Of a DNA stretch of 64,000 bases, positions 1-11,109 are shown one piece after another. The notes beneath the pieces were generated by a model. That model had not been told where the DNA came from. It did no database searches and saw only the letters and a list, made by a program, of their open reading frames with translations. Where the stretch lies: assembly GCF_018977255.1 (NCBI RefSeq), contig NW_024704742.1, positions 126,358,001 to 126,422,000 of the forward strand. The letters are read 5' to 3'. Each line of letters starts with the position of its first letter. Position 1 is the first letter of the stretch. Source of the stretch: Callorhinchus milii. Lineage: Eukaryota. The position numbers and the translations under genes are program-made.

Positions 1-19
1 TCATGTTTTTGTTCAAATG

Positions 20-700
20 TAATAAGACCATAAGACGTAGGAACAGGAGTAGGCCAATCGGCCCCTCGAGCCTGCTCCACCACTTAATAAGATCATGGCT
101 GATCTTCTAACCTAATTCCATTTACCCGCCCTTTCCCCATATCCCTTAATCCTTCTATCCTTTCGAAATCTATCAACCTCAGTCTTGAATATGTTCAAGG
201 ACTGAGCATCTACAGCCCTTTAGTGTAGAGAATTCCACAAATTCACTACCCTTTGAGTGAAGAAATGTTTCCTCAGCTCAGTTCGAAAAAACTGACCCTT
301 AATCTTGAGACTATGACCCCTAGTTTTAGATAGGGGAAACAGTCTCACGGTATCTACCCTGTCAAGACCCTTAAAAATCTTATAGGTTTTTATAAGATCA
401 CCTCTAATTCTTCTATATCCTAAAGAATATAGGCCTAGTTTACTCAACCTATCCTCATAGGTCAACCCCCTCAACCCAGGCACCAACCTAGTGAATTTAC
501 ACTGCACCCCCTCTAAGGCAACTATGTCCTTTCTTAAATAAGGAGACCAAAACTGCACACAATATTCTAGGTGCGGTCTCACTAAGGCCTTATACAACTG
601 CAGCAAGACTTCCCTACTCTTGTGCTCTAACCCTTTTGCAATGAACGCCAACATGGCATTAGCCTTCCTAGTTACTTGCTGTACCTGCATACCAACTTTT
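20..700 (-). mobile_element. CR1-clade LINE, 5'-truncated 3' end (shark HER1-like)
   Basis: ORF 220..690 reads LYKALVRPHLEYCVQFWSPY...TRGHSLK...FFTQRVVNLWNSL, the CR1 ORF2 C-terminus. The 3' UTR GCCTACTCCTGTTCCT and an 8-bp terminal repeat lie at 21-36. Confidence 0.93.
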
Positions 701-1047
701 TGTTAAAAAAGTGCTATGAATACAACATGTCAATAACAAGCAGTGAGGTAATGTGAACATCTCCACTCACCAGGTTAATTATAACCCTCCTGTTGATTGT
801 TTCTCCCCTTATCCTGTTGATTTTGTGTGCAGAAGTACTTGCTGTAATAAAAAGGAAGGCGTTCAATTGGTAAAAAGGAAGCTTAGATTTTTACAGCTTC
901 TAATCACTTATCATTATCTCAAAAGTGCTTCATGGGTATTTATGGTCAAATGTAGCAACTTGTTTGTAGGCAAACACAACAGCCATTTGCACAGGCCAAG
1001 TTGCACAAACATCCATGAGGTCAATGACTAATTAATGTGAAGCTTTG

Positions 1048-1906
1048 CTACATCTCTGGGTCAAAGTCTCATAAATTATAGAAGACTATTTAATGCTAAG
1101 GATCACTACTTATTACATTACACATATGAAACAGCAGTCCAGTAACTTGATGAATCTTTGAGTGCAAGTAATAAAAAAATGTAGTAATAAAGATGCAAGC
1201 CAAGATAATGAGAGACCACGAGTCATGGAATCTTTATCGCTTACCTAAAACAGGTGGAGGGGGCTCAGTTTAACGTTTTGTCTGATATAACTTACCAGGT
1301 ACAAGAGAAGTGCATCATGCTGTTTAAATGTTCAAGTATGACATTGGTAAGCAAGTATAACAGGAGGATAAAAGGCAGATTGGAACAGGAGTACTGCATC
1401 TGCAGAGCACTGTATTTTGGATCTGCTGAATTATACATTCCTGAATAAAGGTTCATGAACTCTCAATTTTCGATGGTAAATAAAGCAAATAAGAATATTT
1501 CAATAGTTTTTTTTCAGGTTGTATTGAAATCGCACATGTTTCTACCCTTATGAAATTATATTGAAAATAAACGAGCTTCAACAGATGAGACTCATAATTC
1601 AAAAAGCACCACAGTTTTGATGCATTTTTCATACAAGTAAAAAATGCACAGAGCAGCTTCACAGTGAAATTATTCTGTTTATTCAATGAGTCTACATCTC
1701 TGGGTCAATGTCCCATAAATTATAGAAGACTGTTTAATGCTAAGGATCACTACTTATTACATTATACATATGAGACAGCAAGTCTTTCAGCAGTGAAATT
1801 ATCATTCATGCGCACAGAATAAGTTCTGGTAACTTGATGAATCTTTGAGTGTAAGTAATAAAAAGCAGAGATATTTATAAAGGTCCACACATAGATAATG
1901 AGAGAC
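1048..1906 (+). repeat. Local direct duplication (1048-1216 vs 1692-1906)
   Basis: CTACATCTCTGGGTCAA...GCTAAGGATCACTACTTATTACATTA...GTAACTTGATGAATCTTTGAGTG occurs twice at 644-bp offset. The second copy has a ~43-bp extra segment. Confidence 0.85.
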
Positions 1907-2072
1907 ACATTTGTATTTGAAGGAATTAAATTTGTATGAATTGTTTTCACAAAAGCTGCTTCTTGGTAATAAGCCCAGTGAATATTTCATCACACAGTAC
2001 AATCGCTCTGTACTACTCATTGAAGAGTTACACATCACACGTGCCTTCAGACAACGGAGTTTTTAAAAATGT

Positions 2073-2310
2073 ATAATAATAATCTTTGTTATTTTTGTTA
2101 TCGGCCTTATCACATCATCAAGATGTGCCAAAGCCCTGCACAGGATATACTGTAAGGTGGTATAACTGTGTGCATTTTGTGGGTGAATACAGCAGCCAAT
2201 TTGCATGCAGCAATGTTCCACAAACAACCAGGACACTAGGATAAACCCCTTTCACTTTTTGAATATTGCGATAGGATCTTTAACATCTATATGGACAGGC
2301 AGACAGGACT
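2073..2310 (-). mobile_element. Old DeuSINE (SacSINE1-like) fragment
   Basis: Reverse-strand Deu motifs (CAGCCAATTTGCA..CAGCAATGTTCCACAAACA; GGATCTTTAACATC) and an L2-type tail. Confidence 0.7.
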
Positions 2311-2499
2311 TCTATAACAACCGTAACTGCTATAACAACTAGATTTTGGTTTCCTGAACAGTCAATACTTTTGTTAATACTTAACAGAAGTTTTCAATAT
2401 TGTGAGGGTTTGGAAAATTTGGATTCATACACATTTTTTAGTCATCTGGAAAATCCAAGACTCTTCACTGCCCTGGAGTCATCTGAATTCCTACACCTC

Positions 2500-4158
2500 T
2501 GGCCCTCACTGACCGATCTCCCCTCCTCATTCCTTTCTCCACAACTCCCTCTCCTCCATTCTGGACTCCCTTGCCCCCATCACCTCCTGAACTGCCTCAT
2601 ACTCCCATAAATCCCCCTGGTACACCAGCCATTTCCGTTCCCTCAAGACACAAGTATGAGCTGCCGAACGCGCCTGGACCAAATCCAAACTAACGGTCTG
2701 TCGGCAGATTTGGCTTCACCAAGACCTACCGCTGCGCTCTTGCCTCCGTCCACAGCCACCCCCACTTCACATCTCCCTCATGATCCACCCCCCACCCATC
2801 CCCCCCTATACTCCTTTGACTCTATCTCTCCCTCCTTCCTCACCACGACTGTCCGCACACTCAAACCCACCACCTGCTCCCTCGATCCCATCCCCACCTC
2901 TCTCCTCATCTCCCAGCTCCACCTTCTGGCCCCTCTCCTGGCCGATATCATCAACCTCTCCTTGTCCACTGGTTCAGTTCCCATCCCCCTAAAAACAGCC
3001 GCCTTCACCCCCATCTTGAAAAAACCTTCCCTGGATCCATCCCTCCTCTCCAGCTACCACCCCATCTCTAACCTCCCATTCCTCTCCAAGGTCCTGGAAC
3101 GAGTCATCGCGTCCCAGCTCCGCTCCTTTCTCTCTTGCCATTCCCTCTTTGAACCCCTCCAATCCAGCTTCCGCACTGCCCACAGCACGGAAACAGCTCT
3201 GGTCAAAGTCACTAATGACATTCTGAACATCTGTGATCAGGACCCTTTGTTTCCTTGTCCTCCTCGCCCTCTCTGCCGCCTTCGACACTGTAGACCGCTC
3301 CATCCTCATACACCGCCTCTCCGCTTTACTCAATCTTCACGGATCTGCCCTTGCCTGGTTCGATTCCCATCTTTCTCAATGTCTCCACTTCGTTGCCGCT
3401 AACGGTTTCTCCTCCAGCCCCTGCATTGTCACGTCTGGCATCCCCCAGCGCTCTGTCCTTGGCCCTCTCCTCTTTAATATCTACATGCTCCCCCTTGGTG
3501 ACATCATCCGCATGTATGCGGATGACACCCAACTCTATCTTACTGCCTCCAACCTCAACTCCAGGACCACTGCTGTCCTGACAGACTGCCTGTCGGACAT
3601 CAAGTCCTGGATGAGGGCAAATTTCCTATAGTTGAATGTGAACAAGACTGAGGCCCTCCTGATTGGCTCGCGCCAGCGCCTCAGCACCTCAGGCTCTGAG
3701 AGCATCAACCTCCATGTTGCACACTACAGCTCACCAAGCCAGTCAGGAACCTAGGTGTCCTGTTCGACCCTCAACTGTCTTTTCTCCCCCACATTCAAGC
3801 CATGACCCGCTCTGCCTTCCCTCACTTCTGTAACATTGCCTGACTCCGCCACTGCCTCACCCCTCAGGACGCTGAAACTCTTGTTCATGCCTTCATCACA
3901 TCGAGGCTCAACTATGCCTCGATGTCGACCTTCCCAACTCCTCCCTCCACAGGCTGCAGATAATCCAGAACTCTGCAGCTCGTGTCCTCTCCCACACCAA
4001 ACTCCGTGACCCCATCTCCCCCACTCTCGTCCGTCTACATTGGCTCCCTATCCTTCAGAGGATCCAGTTCGAGATCCAGGTCCTCACGTACAAAGCCCTC
4101 CATGGCCTCGCTATATGAAAGGCGCCATACAAATGTAATCTTGTTGCTATTGTTGTTG
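2500..4158 (+). mobile_element. L2-clade LINE ORF2 (reverse transcriptase) remnant, frameshifted and internally deleted
   Basis: PWYT linker, KPTTCSLDPIP, YHPISNLPFLSKVLERV, HSTETALVKVTND, LSAAFDTVD, SVLGPLLF, YADDTQLY. Ends GAAAGGCGCCATACAAATGTAATCTTGTTG. Confidence 0.93.
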
Positions 4159-4162
4159 TGAA

Positions 4163-4722
4163 CAGGCTCGACTATGCCAACTCCCTGCATGTCGGCCTCC
4201 TCAACTGCTCCCTCCACAGACTGCAGATCATCTAGAACTCTGCAGCCCATGTCCTCTCCCGCACCAGGGTCTGCAACCCCATCACCCCCATCCTCGTCCG
4301 GCTCCACTGGCTCCCCATCACTCAGAGGATTCAGTTCAAGATCCTGGTTCTCACCTTCAAAGCCCTCCACGGCCTTGTCCTCCCAACCTCTGTGACCTCC
4401 TAACTCCCTACCAATCTTTCTGCTCCCTTCTCTCGGCATGTTCCGGCCTGCTTCACATCCCCTGCCTTGCCCACCCCACCATTGGCGGATGGACATTCAG
4501 CCTCTCTGCCATCACCTTCTGGAGCTCCATTCCACAGCCTCCTTCAAGGCCAGTCTCAAGACCCTCCTCTTCAACCTTGCTTTCAGTTACCCTCCTACCC
4601 CTACCCTCCCCAACCTCCACCCCTCCGGATCCCAACCACCAGCTCGGGTGCAGATCCCTGACTTTCCAGCACCATGGGAGGTCCTCCTGACATGAAAGGT
4701 GCTATACAAATGTAACTGTTTT
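4163..4722 (+). mobile_element. L2 LINE 3' fragment
   Basis: RLDYANSL..LHWLPI homology plus the 3' stem-loop and tail. Confidence 0.88.
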
Positions 4723-4745
4723 TATATTAAAGAAGTGTGAATATA

Positions 4746-5180
4746 CAACAACAACAACAACAAGATTCCATTTATAGAGCGCCTTTCACTTTGGGAGGAC
4801 GTCCCAAGGCGCTGGACAGTTGGGTCAGGACCCGAGCAGGGGGGAAATGGTCAGGGTGAAGGGAGGGAAGGGAGGGAGCGAGGAGGGCGTAGAGAGTCAA
4901 GAGGGGAGCTGAAAGCACGGTCAAAGAGAAAGGTCTTGAGACCGGCCTTGAAGGAGAAAAGGGAGGAAGCAAGGCAAAGGCACTGGGGGATAGAGTTCCA
5001 GAGCCTCGGGGCTGAGAGGCTGAAGGCCCGGCCACCGATGGTAGGGTGGTTGGGGCGGGGGATGTGGAGCAGACCGGAGCCAGAGGAACGGAGGGTACGG
5101 GCAGGTAGGTAGGGGGATAGTAGGTCGGAGAGGTAGGAGGGAGCAAGGCCGTGAATGGCCTTGTAGGTGAGGATGAGGAT
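4746..5180 (-). mobile_element. Young L2 LINE 3' fragment
   Basis: ORF 4851..5195 (ILTYKAIHGLAPSYL..GGRAFS..APRLWNS), with a (CAA)n tail at 4746. Confidence 0.92.
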
Positions 5181-6684
5181 CATATAGTCAATCAATCATG
5201 ATGTAGTTTGTCTGTGTATGCATTCTGATTGTTCCATTAATATATTTGGATATTGCCATTGTAAAGGGGATTGTAATCTTGCACAATCATTTCATTCATT
5301 ATGTTTGTAATATTCATTTGGTATTTTATGGCACAACGTGGCAAGCTGTGTGATTTCAGCAGGTTAGAATCCTGCAGAACTCAAAGCACACACTAACTTT
5401 GATAACCCTGTGCCAATTTGCATTCAAACTCTGTGGGATTAGATTAGCAGGAATACCTCCTTCTGGGGAGAGAACATCCCTCCATGCTAGATAAATGCAA
5501 ATCCTAGCTTTGTGGAACTCTCAGAAGTTTGCTTTGGAGCTACGACGATAGGTTTCTGTGTGAGTCAGACACTCGGCTGACCAAGAAAAAGTGGCACAAT
5601 ATTTGGTTGCTGCAAAGACAAAGGGGAGCATTTTGATTGATCACTGTCAAAGGTGTAGTCATTTTTCAAAAAAGAAAACCTTTCTTTGACCTGCTTACAA
5701 CAGGTGTAGCAAAATACCACCTTATGGTATAGGCGCCTATCAAAGATACTGGATCAATTGTGCTTAACAACCGATAGGGCATCGTCACAGCCTTATTGAA
5801 ATCATGCCGCAGGTATTCTATTCTATCATGTTTCCTGTGATAGTATAACTTGCGTCATTTCATGAGGTAATGGGATTGCATTGCCAAGTCTGACACAGAG
5901 TATGAGGGATTTATCTTGACATTGAGTAATGATGGATCAATTCCCTCGTCAGCAAAATGCTGCTGGAGATGAAACGGAGGAAGCTGAAAATAAAAACAAC
6001 AGAGCTTGTAAACCATAAAGGTAATCCTTGGCCTGAGTTCAAAGGTTAAAGCCAAAGCTTTGTCTTACATAAACCACAATAGCATTCCTTTCATACCAAC
6101 CAAGCCTCCCTCTCAACTGTGTTAGTGAAATGCCCAACACAGAATAGAAATAGACCATCCATCACTTAACTACACAGACAGACAAATGGTGGTAAATACT
6201 ATTACTAGAAGTCATGGTGTGATGTCTCGTAATCAGGGTTGCACATACATGTGGGGTTTAAGCCAGCGTTAAATAAGGTGCATCAAAAATGTTAACCCAT
6301 ATTTGTGTTGTGTTCAACTCTTCAGGCAGCACTGTCAGATTTTTGCTGAAGGTTAGACTGAGGTTTCCGATAATAGCTGGAAATTAAGAGACAAATTATT
6401 TGCATACAATGATTCCCCACTTCAACACCTTAACACAGCTGCAATAAACACAATGGACTCAATAGTTTCATACAAATCCACACAGCTATATCAGAGAAGT
6501 TTAATCCAAGAGCAAGGCATAGTGACAGGGCAAAACTCACTCTTAGCTTTTCCGCAGAATACTTGCCTATATATAGCCTGTGAAGTGTTTTGAGCCATAC
6601 TCCTGATATGAAAGGCGCTACACAAAATTTAAGGATTATTATTGTTGAATTCCCCATTGTAAGCATAGGTCACTACTATCGGTA

Positions 6685-7380
6685 ACAACAGAACAACAAT
6701 AAGAAAAATTACATTTGTATAGCGCCTTTCATGTCGGGAGAACTCCCAAGGTGCTGGACAGACAGTGTTACGGACCCGAGCTGGAGATCAGGGTGGGGGA
6801 GGGTGGAGGGCAGGTGGGGAAGCAGGGGAATCGAAAGCACAATCGAAGAGGAGGGTCTTGAGGTGGGTCTTGAAGGTGGCTAGCGAGGGGGCGAGGCGGA
6901 GGAACTGCGGGATGGAGTTCCAGAGAGTGGGGGCAGAAGACTTGCCCACCGATAGTGGGGCGAGCGAGGCGGGGGACGTGAAGCAGGCCGGAGCCCACTG
7001 AGCGGAGGGAGCGAACAGGATGGTAGGGGGGGTTAGGAGGTCGGAGAGTAGGGGGGAGCAAGACTGTGGAGGGCATTGAAGGTGAGGACCCGGATCTTGA
7101 ACTGTATCCTCTGGGTGATGGGAAGCCAGTGAAGTTGGGCGAGGATGGGGTTGATAGGGTTGTGGAGCCTGGTATGGGAGAGCACGTGGGCTGCAGACTT
7201 CTGGATGATCTGCAGCCTGTGGGGAGAGGAGTTGGGAAGGCTAACAAGCAATGAGTTTGCATAGTCGAGCCTGGATGTAATGAAGGCATGTATGAGAGTT
7301 TCGGCGGCCTGTGGTGTGAAACAGTGTCGGAGCCGAGCAACGTTGCGGAGGAGGGGGAAGGCAGAGCGGGTCATGGAGCA
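6685..7380 (-). mobile_element. L2 LINE 3' fragment
   Basis: ORF 7033..7374 (LIHAFITSRLDYANSLL..LHWLPI), with stem-loop and tail at 6685-6760. Confidence 0.9.
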
Positions 7381-8183
7381 GACATTTTAACAGGGCACGG
7401 TTAGACAGCGAGAGCACTCCCATTTATTGTTAGGAAAATCGGATCAATAAATGAGAAGCAATGTCCATACTGATTTGAAACCGGGTCTGCAACACACAAG
7501 CTAAACTCCAAATCGCCCAGGGATTCATGCCATTTATTGGTATAGCTTTACAGTTTTGAAAACATACAAAATTCCCTTTCTGTAATTGTATACATTAACC
7601 CCCAGAAGCACAACATTGCCAGAAGTTCCATTTTTTTATTCTGTGCCAATGGGAGAAAAGTGATATTTATAAAGGTATTTCCGTGAATAATTACCTTAGA
7701 TCCATGCTCCAATAAGAATGACAGTGTACTGTGAGGTAACTAAATGGTTTCCACGCAAAATGTGGTTCTGTAAGCACCAATGTGTAAAAGGTACAAGTAT
7801 CATGGTTCTGAAACGGTCACAAAATTACCCTCCACCAAATCTGACACATTTGACGTACAATACATGTTTCTATAGCGCTTGTCATGAGGATGTCCTAAAG
7901 CACTTACCGTTTCAAGTCAAAACATAAGCGTAAAATTGTTTAACACTTCACAATTAAATGATTTGACAAACAGCTTGAATGAACAGCTTGCTCTGAGAGC
8001 CAGGGCTGATTCGATGGGCGGAATGACATCTCTCTGTGCTGTAAGTTTGTATGAATCTATGTTCTCAAAATACTTTGCAAAAATGCCCTCCCCCCACATA
8101 CATACCATGTGATGTTTCCACAAGTGCTGGTTGATATACTTTTCAGCACAAAGAGAGGCCATTTGGCCCTTCATGACCTTGTT

Positions 8184-8358
8184 GACCGTGCCTTCAGCTC
8201 CCCTCTCGACTCTCTACCCCCTCCTCGCTCCCTCCCTTCCCTCCCCTCACCCTAACCATTTCCCCCTGCTCAGGTCCCGACCCAACTGTCCAGCGCCTTG
8301 GGACGTCCTCCCGACGTGAAAGGCGCTCTATAAATGGAATCTTGTTGTTGTTGTTGTT
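8184..8358 (+). mobile_element. Young L2 3' end
   Basis: AGCGCCTTGGGACGTCCTCCCGACGTGAAAGGCGCTCTATAAATGGAATC(TTG)n. Confidence 0.9.
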
Positions 8359-9229
8359 TCTCTTACACCTGTTTTGTTAATCAGTATTCAATCTTCAGGC
8401 AGAGTTTATTAAATTTATCTCCTGGATATTTGGGAATTGGCCTGCAAACATTTTGAAAACTATTCTGTAATTTAAACCCCATGGTCTCTGACTTTGCTTT
8501 GCAGGTTAGCATTGATATAGTATTGGTCTGTGAAGAGTGGATGTGGAATCACTCTGAGACCATTGCTTGCCCAGAAATAGTGCAAATCTTGCAGTTCATA
8601 TATTTAAGCCAAGAACTGGAGAACAATATCCAACAGCAGCTTCACTGTAGACAAAGTCTGATTCCTTTTCAGCATCAGCCCTATGGCTGGCAATGTAAAT
8701 AATCATGTGCAATGCTGTGCACTATGTAGGGTTATAATGCATGAATACATGAACCATCATTCTTGCTTCCTTTTGGCATGCTTTTAGGTTGCTGCTGGCA
8801 TTTTGGCAACAGAGTACAGTGTAGGAGAGAGTCAACAGCCACACAGTCTGTTGATAGTTAAACAGGCCATTCACCACATCATAAATAAGCAGTTAAACGT
8901 CTCTAAAAAAAACATATCCAATTTTTTTAAAAATCTGTCTGAGACACAGGGGTCTGACCTGGACTTAAATGCAACCCTTTCCAGTTTGCAGGATTGAGCA
9001 CAACTTCTTATTCACCTTCAAATATACATCAACAAGTTCAATTGGCCTCTTCTTTCCCCTCTTTTCAAAACTTCAAGTTGTTTTTTGAGGAGCAGGAATG
9101 TCGGGAATGGACTAAACAGTCCACAGAGAGTCAATGCACGATAGTCTGCCAATGCTAAATCATAACTACAACTTTACCAAAATTAGGAAAGAGAGGAATT
9201 TTGCCCTATTGTTGGTGCGAGGGGCAGGC

Positions 9230-9760
9230 AACTTCACCCAGCACTTGGCCAGGCTGCACCCAACAATATCTTCCTTGGGAGAGTAGGTAAATGGGATGAC
9301 ATGCGTGGCAATAGAACGTTGGAATCAAGTCAATCCTCTGTGGTTGTCGTGGTATTCTGGTTCCTGAGCCAGGCAAGTTCAAAGTACTGGTGGGCACTGC
9401 TGATGACAGATCAGCCAGACTGACTCATCGGCAGGACTTGGAGGGACAGTTGTATTGAGTCAGAAATGTCAAGCTATCATCACGGAGACAGAGATTCTTC
9501 CCACTCAGCTCCTGTTAATCCAAGTGAAACAAAGCCCTACTGTGTAAGGTGGTCCTAGCTGGACAAGCAGCAGGAAGCTTACCGGATTGTGGCAAGCTAT
9601 GTGGTTAAACTCTAGCAGTACCCCAACATACACTCTGAATACAACCTTGGCTCTTCCAACCTGCACCAAATACGCTCTGGAGTTAGGTAAGCGGGGTACA
9701 TCCCTCAGGAGAGAGAGTGCATATTTCCATTCTAGACACAATAATTTCCATGTGCATGTA
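9230..9760 (+). repeat. Unclassified ancient interspersed repeat, copy A (strand arbitrary)
   Basis: Homologous to 19750-19828(-), 23100-23330(+) and 61100-61460(-). GGTTCCTGAGCCAGGCAAGTTCA is identical at 9359-9381 and 23175-23197. Confidence 0.7.
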
Positions 9761-9836
9761 TGGAACACCCAGTCTGCTTTGGATATTCTAAAGCACAGTG
9801 ATGGCTTTCCGCATGTGTCATACACCCAGCTGGGTT

Positions 9837-10153
9837 GTGGAGACCTGTAGCTCAGTCGTTAGAGCACTCGCCTTGCAAGCAAGACACCTGGGTTCAATTC
9901 CAGACAGGGCGAAACCTTGGCCAAGTTCCTTACTCCACACGTCTGATAATAATCCCTCCAAAACAAAACAATAATAAATTGGTCATTTTAAATCCACGAC
10001 GGTTTGTGAGACACTGCTGTGCACAATTGGCTGCCGCGTTTCGCCCACAAATATACAGTCAATTCACTTTACAGCATATTCTGTGAAGCGCTTTGAGACT
10101 TCTAGAAGACGTGAAAAGCACTATATCACATGCAAGGATTATTATATATTATT
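9837..10153 (+). mobile_element. tRNA-derived SINE, short form, moderately diverged
   Basis: A box TAGCTCAGTCG, B box GGTTCAATTCC, CCTTGGCCAAG core, Deu 3' half and an L2-type tail. Confidence 0.9.
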
Positions 10154-10594
10154 ATAGCTGACAAAAAAAAGACACTGAATGCACATTGGAAACAAAATTC
10201 AAAACATTCTATTATCATTCTATTATTTGTTGTTGGTGGGGGGGGGGGAGATACATTGTGCCTGTACCCACCATCTCGAATCTTGCACACTTGGGGGAAC
10301 AGTAGAGTTAACTGGCATGGGTTGGGGTTAATCAAAGTGAGTGAATATCCTATTTTAGTGAGAGAGAGAGAGAGAGAGAGAATTGGTACGAATTGAATTG
10401 AGTGAGTTGTCTGTCTTGTTCTGTTTGGTTTAGTTTAGTTAACAAGGGAATAATCACACCTTTTAAACGAGCACATTATTTAAACCAGTCTTTGAGAAAG
10501 CAGCCTTTGTGAATGCTTGTTGCAATAAAGAACTAGTGTTTTGTCTTCACCCTGTTCATTCCCATCAGCTCCTAATATTAACAGTGAGAATGAT

Positions 10595-10955
10595 AACCGT
10601 GAGCAAGAGAACCTAGGTTTGATTCTGGGGCAAAGCAAGACGTTGGGCATGTTTCCTTACTCCAAATGCCTTTTGTTTATCTGGCAGGAAGTAGGAACCC
10701 GGTTGTTGGTCGATTGGCGGATCGCTTTTCTGGGGGTAATAATCATTTAAAAAAAACAAATAATAAATAAAATAATAATAATTTGGTCAATCAATCCGCG
10801 ACTGTTTGTGGGACACTGCTGTACACAATTGGCTGCCGTGTTTCTCCCACAAAATATACAGCAAATTCATTTTGCAGTATGTTCTGTGAAGCACTTTAAG
10901 ATGTCTAGAAGATGTGATAAGGCGCAATACCAAATGCAAGGATTATTATTGTTAT
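10595..10955 (+). mobile_element. tRNA-derived SINE, long (older) form
   Basis: Contains GCCTTTTGTTTATCTGGCAGGAAGTAGGAACCCGGTTG..., a segment absent from the short form. Confidence 0.8.
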
Positions 10956-11109
10956 CAATGCTGTACCCCTTGCCTTATAAGAAAACCTATTAACCTATAG
11001 ACTGTAGCTACAGAAAATTCTGTTCAATTTCTGATTATTTCAGTTTATACAATCTGATTCTGATAAATTCCTTAATACAGTTATAATATTGTAATGCTAC
11101 TAAAATGAC

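Noticed and set aside
2656..3631. Long RT-like ORFs as an active retrotransposon or host gene
   Set aside because: Frameshifted, internally deleted, and with no recognisable endonuclease or ORF1. This is a dead L2 copy.
10257..10583. Possible solo LTR (TG..AATAAA..ACA, with a GA microsatellite)
   Set aside because: No matching TSD, second copy or internal sequence was found.
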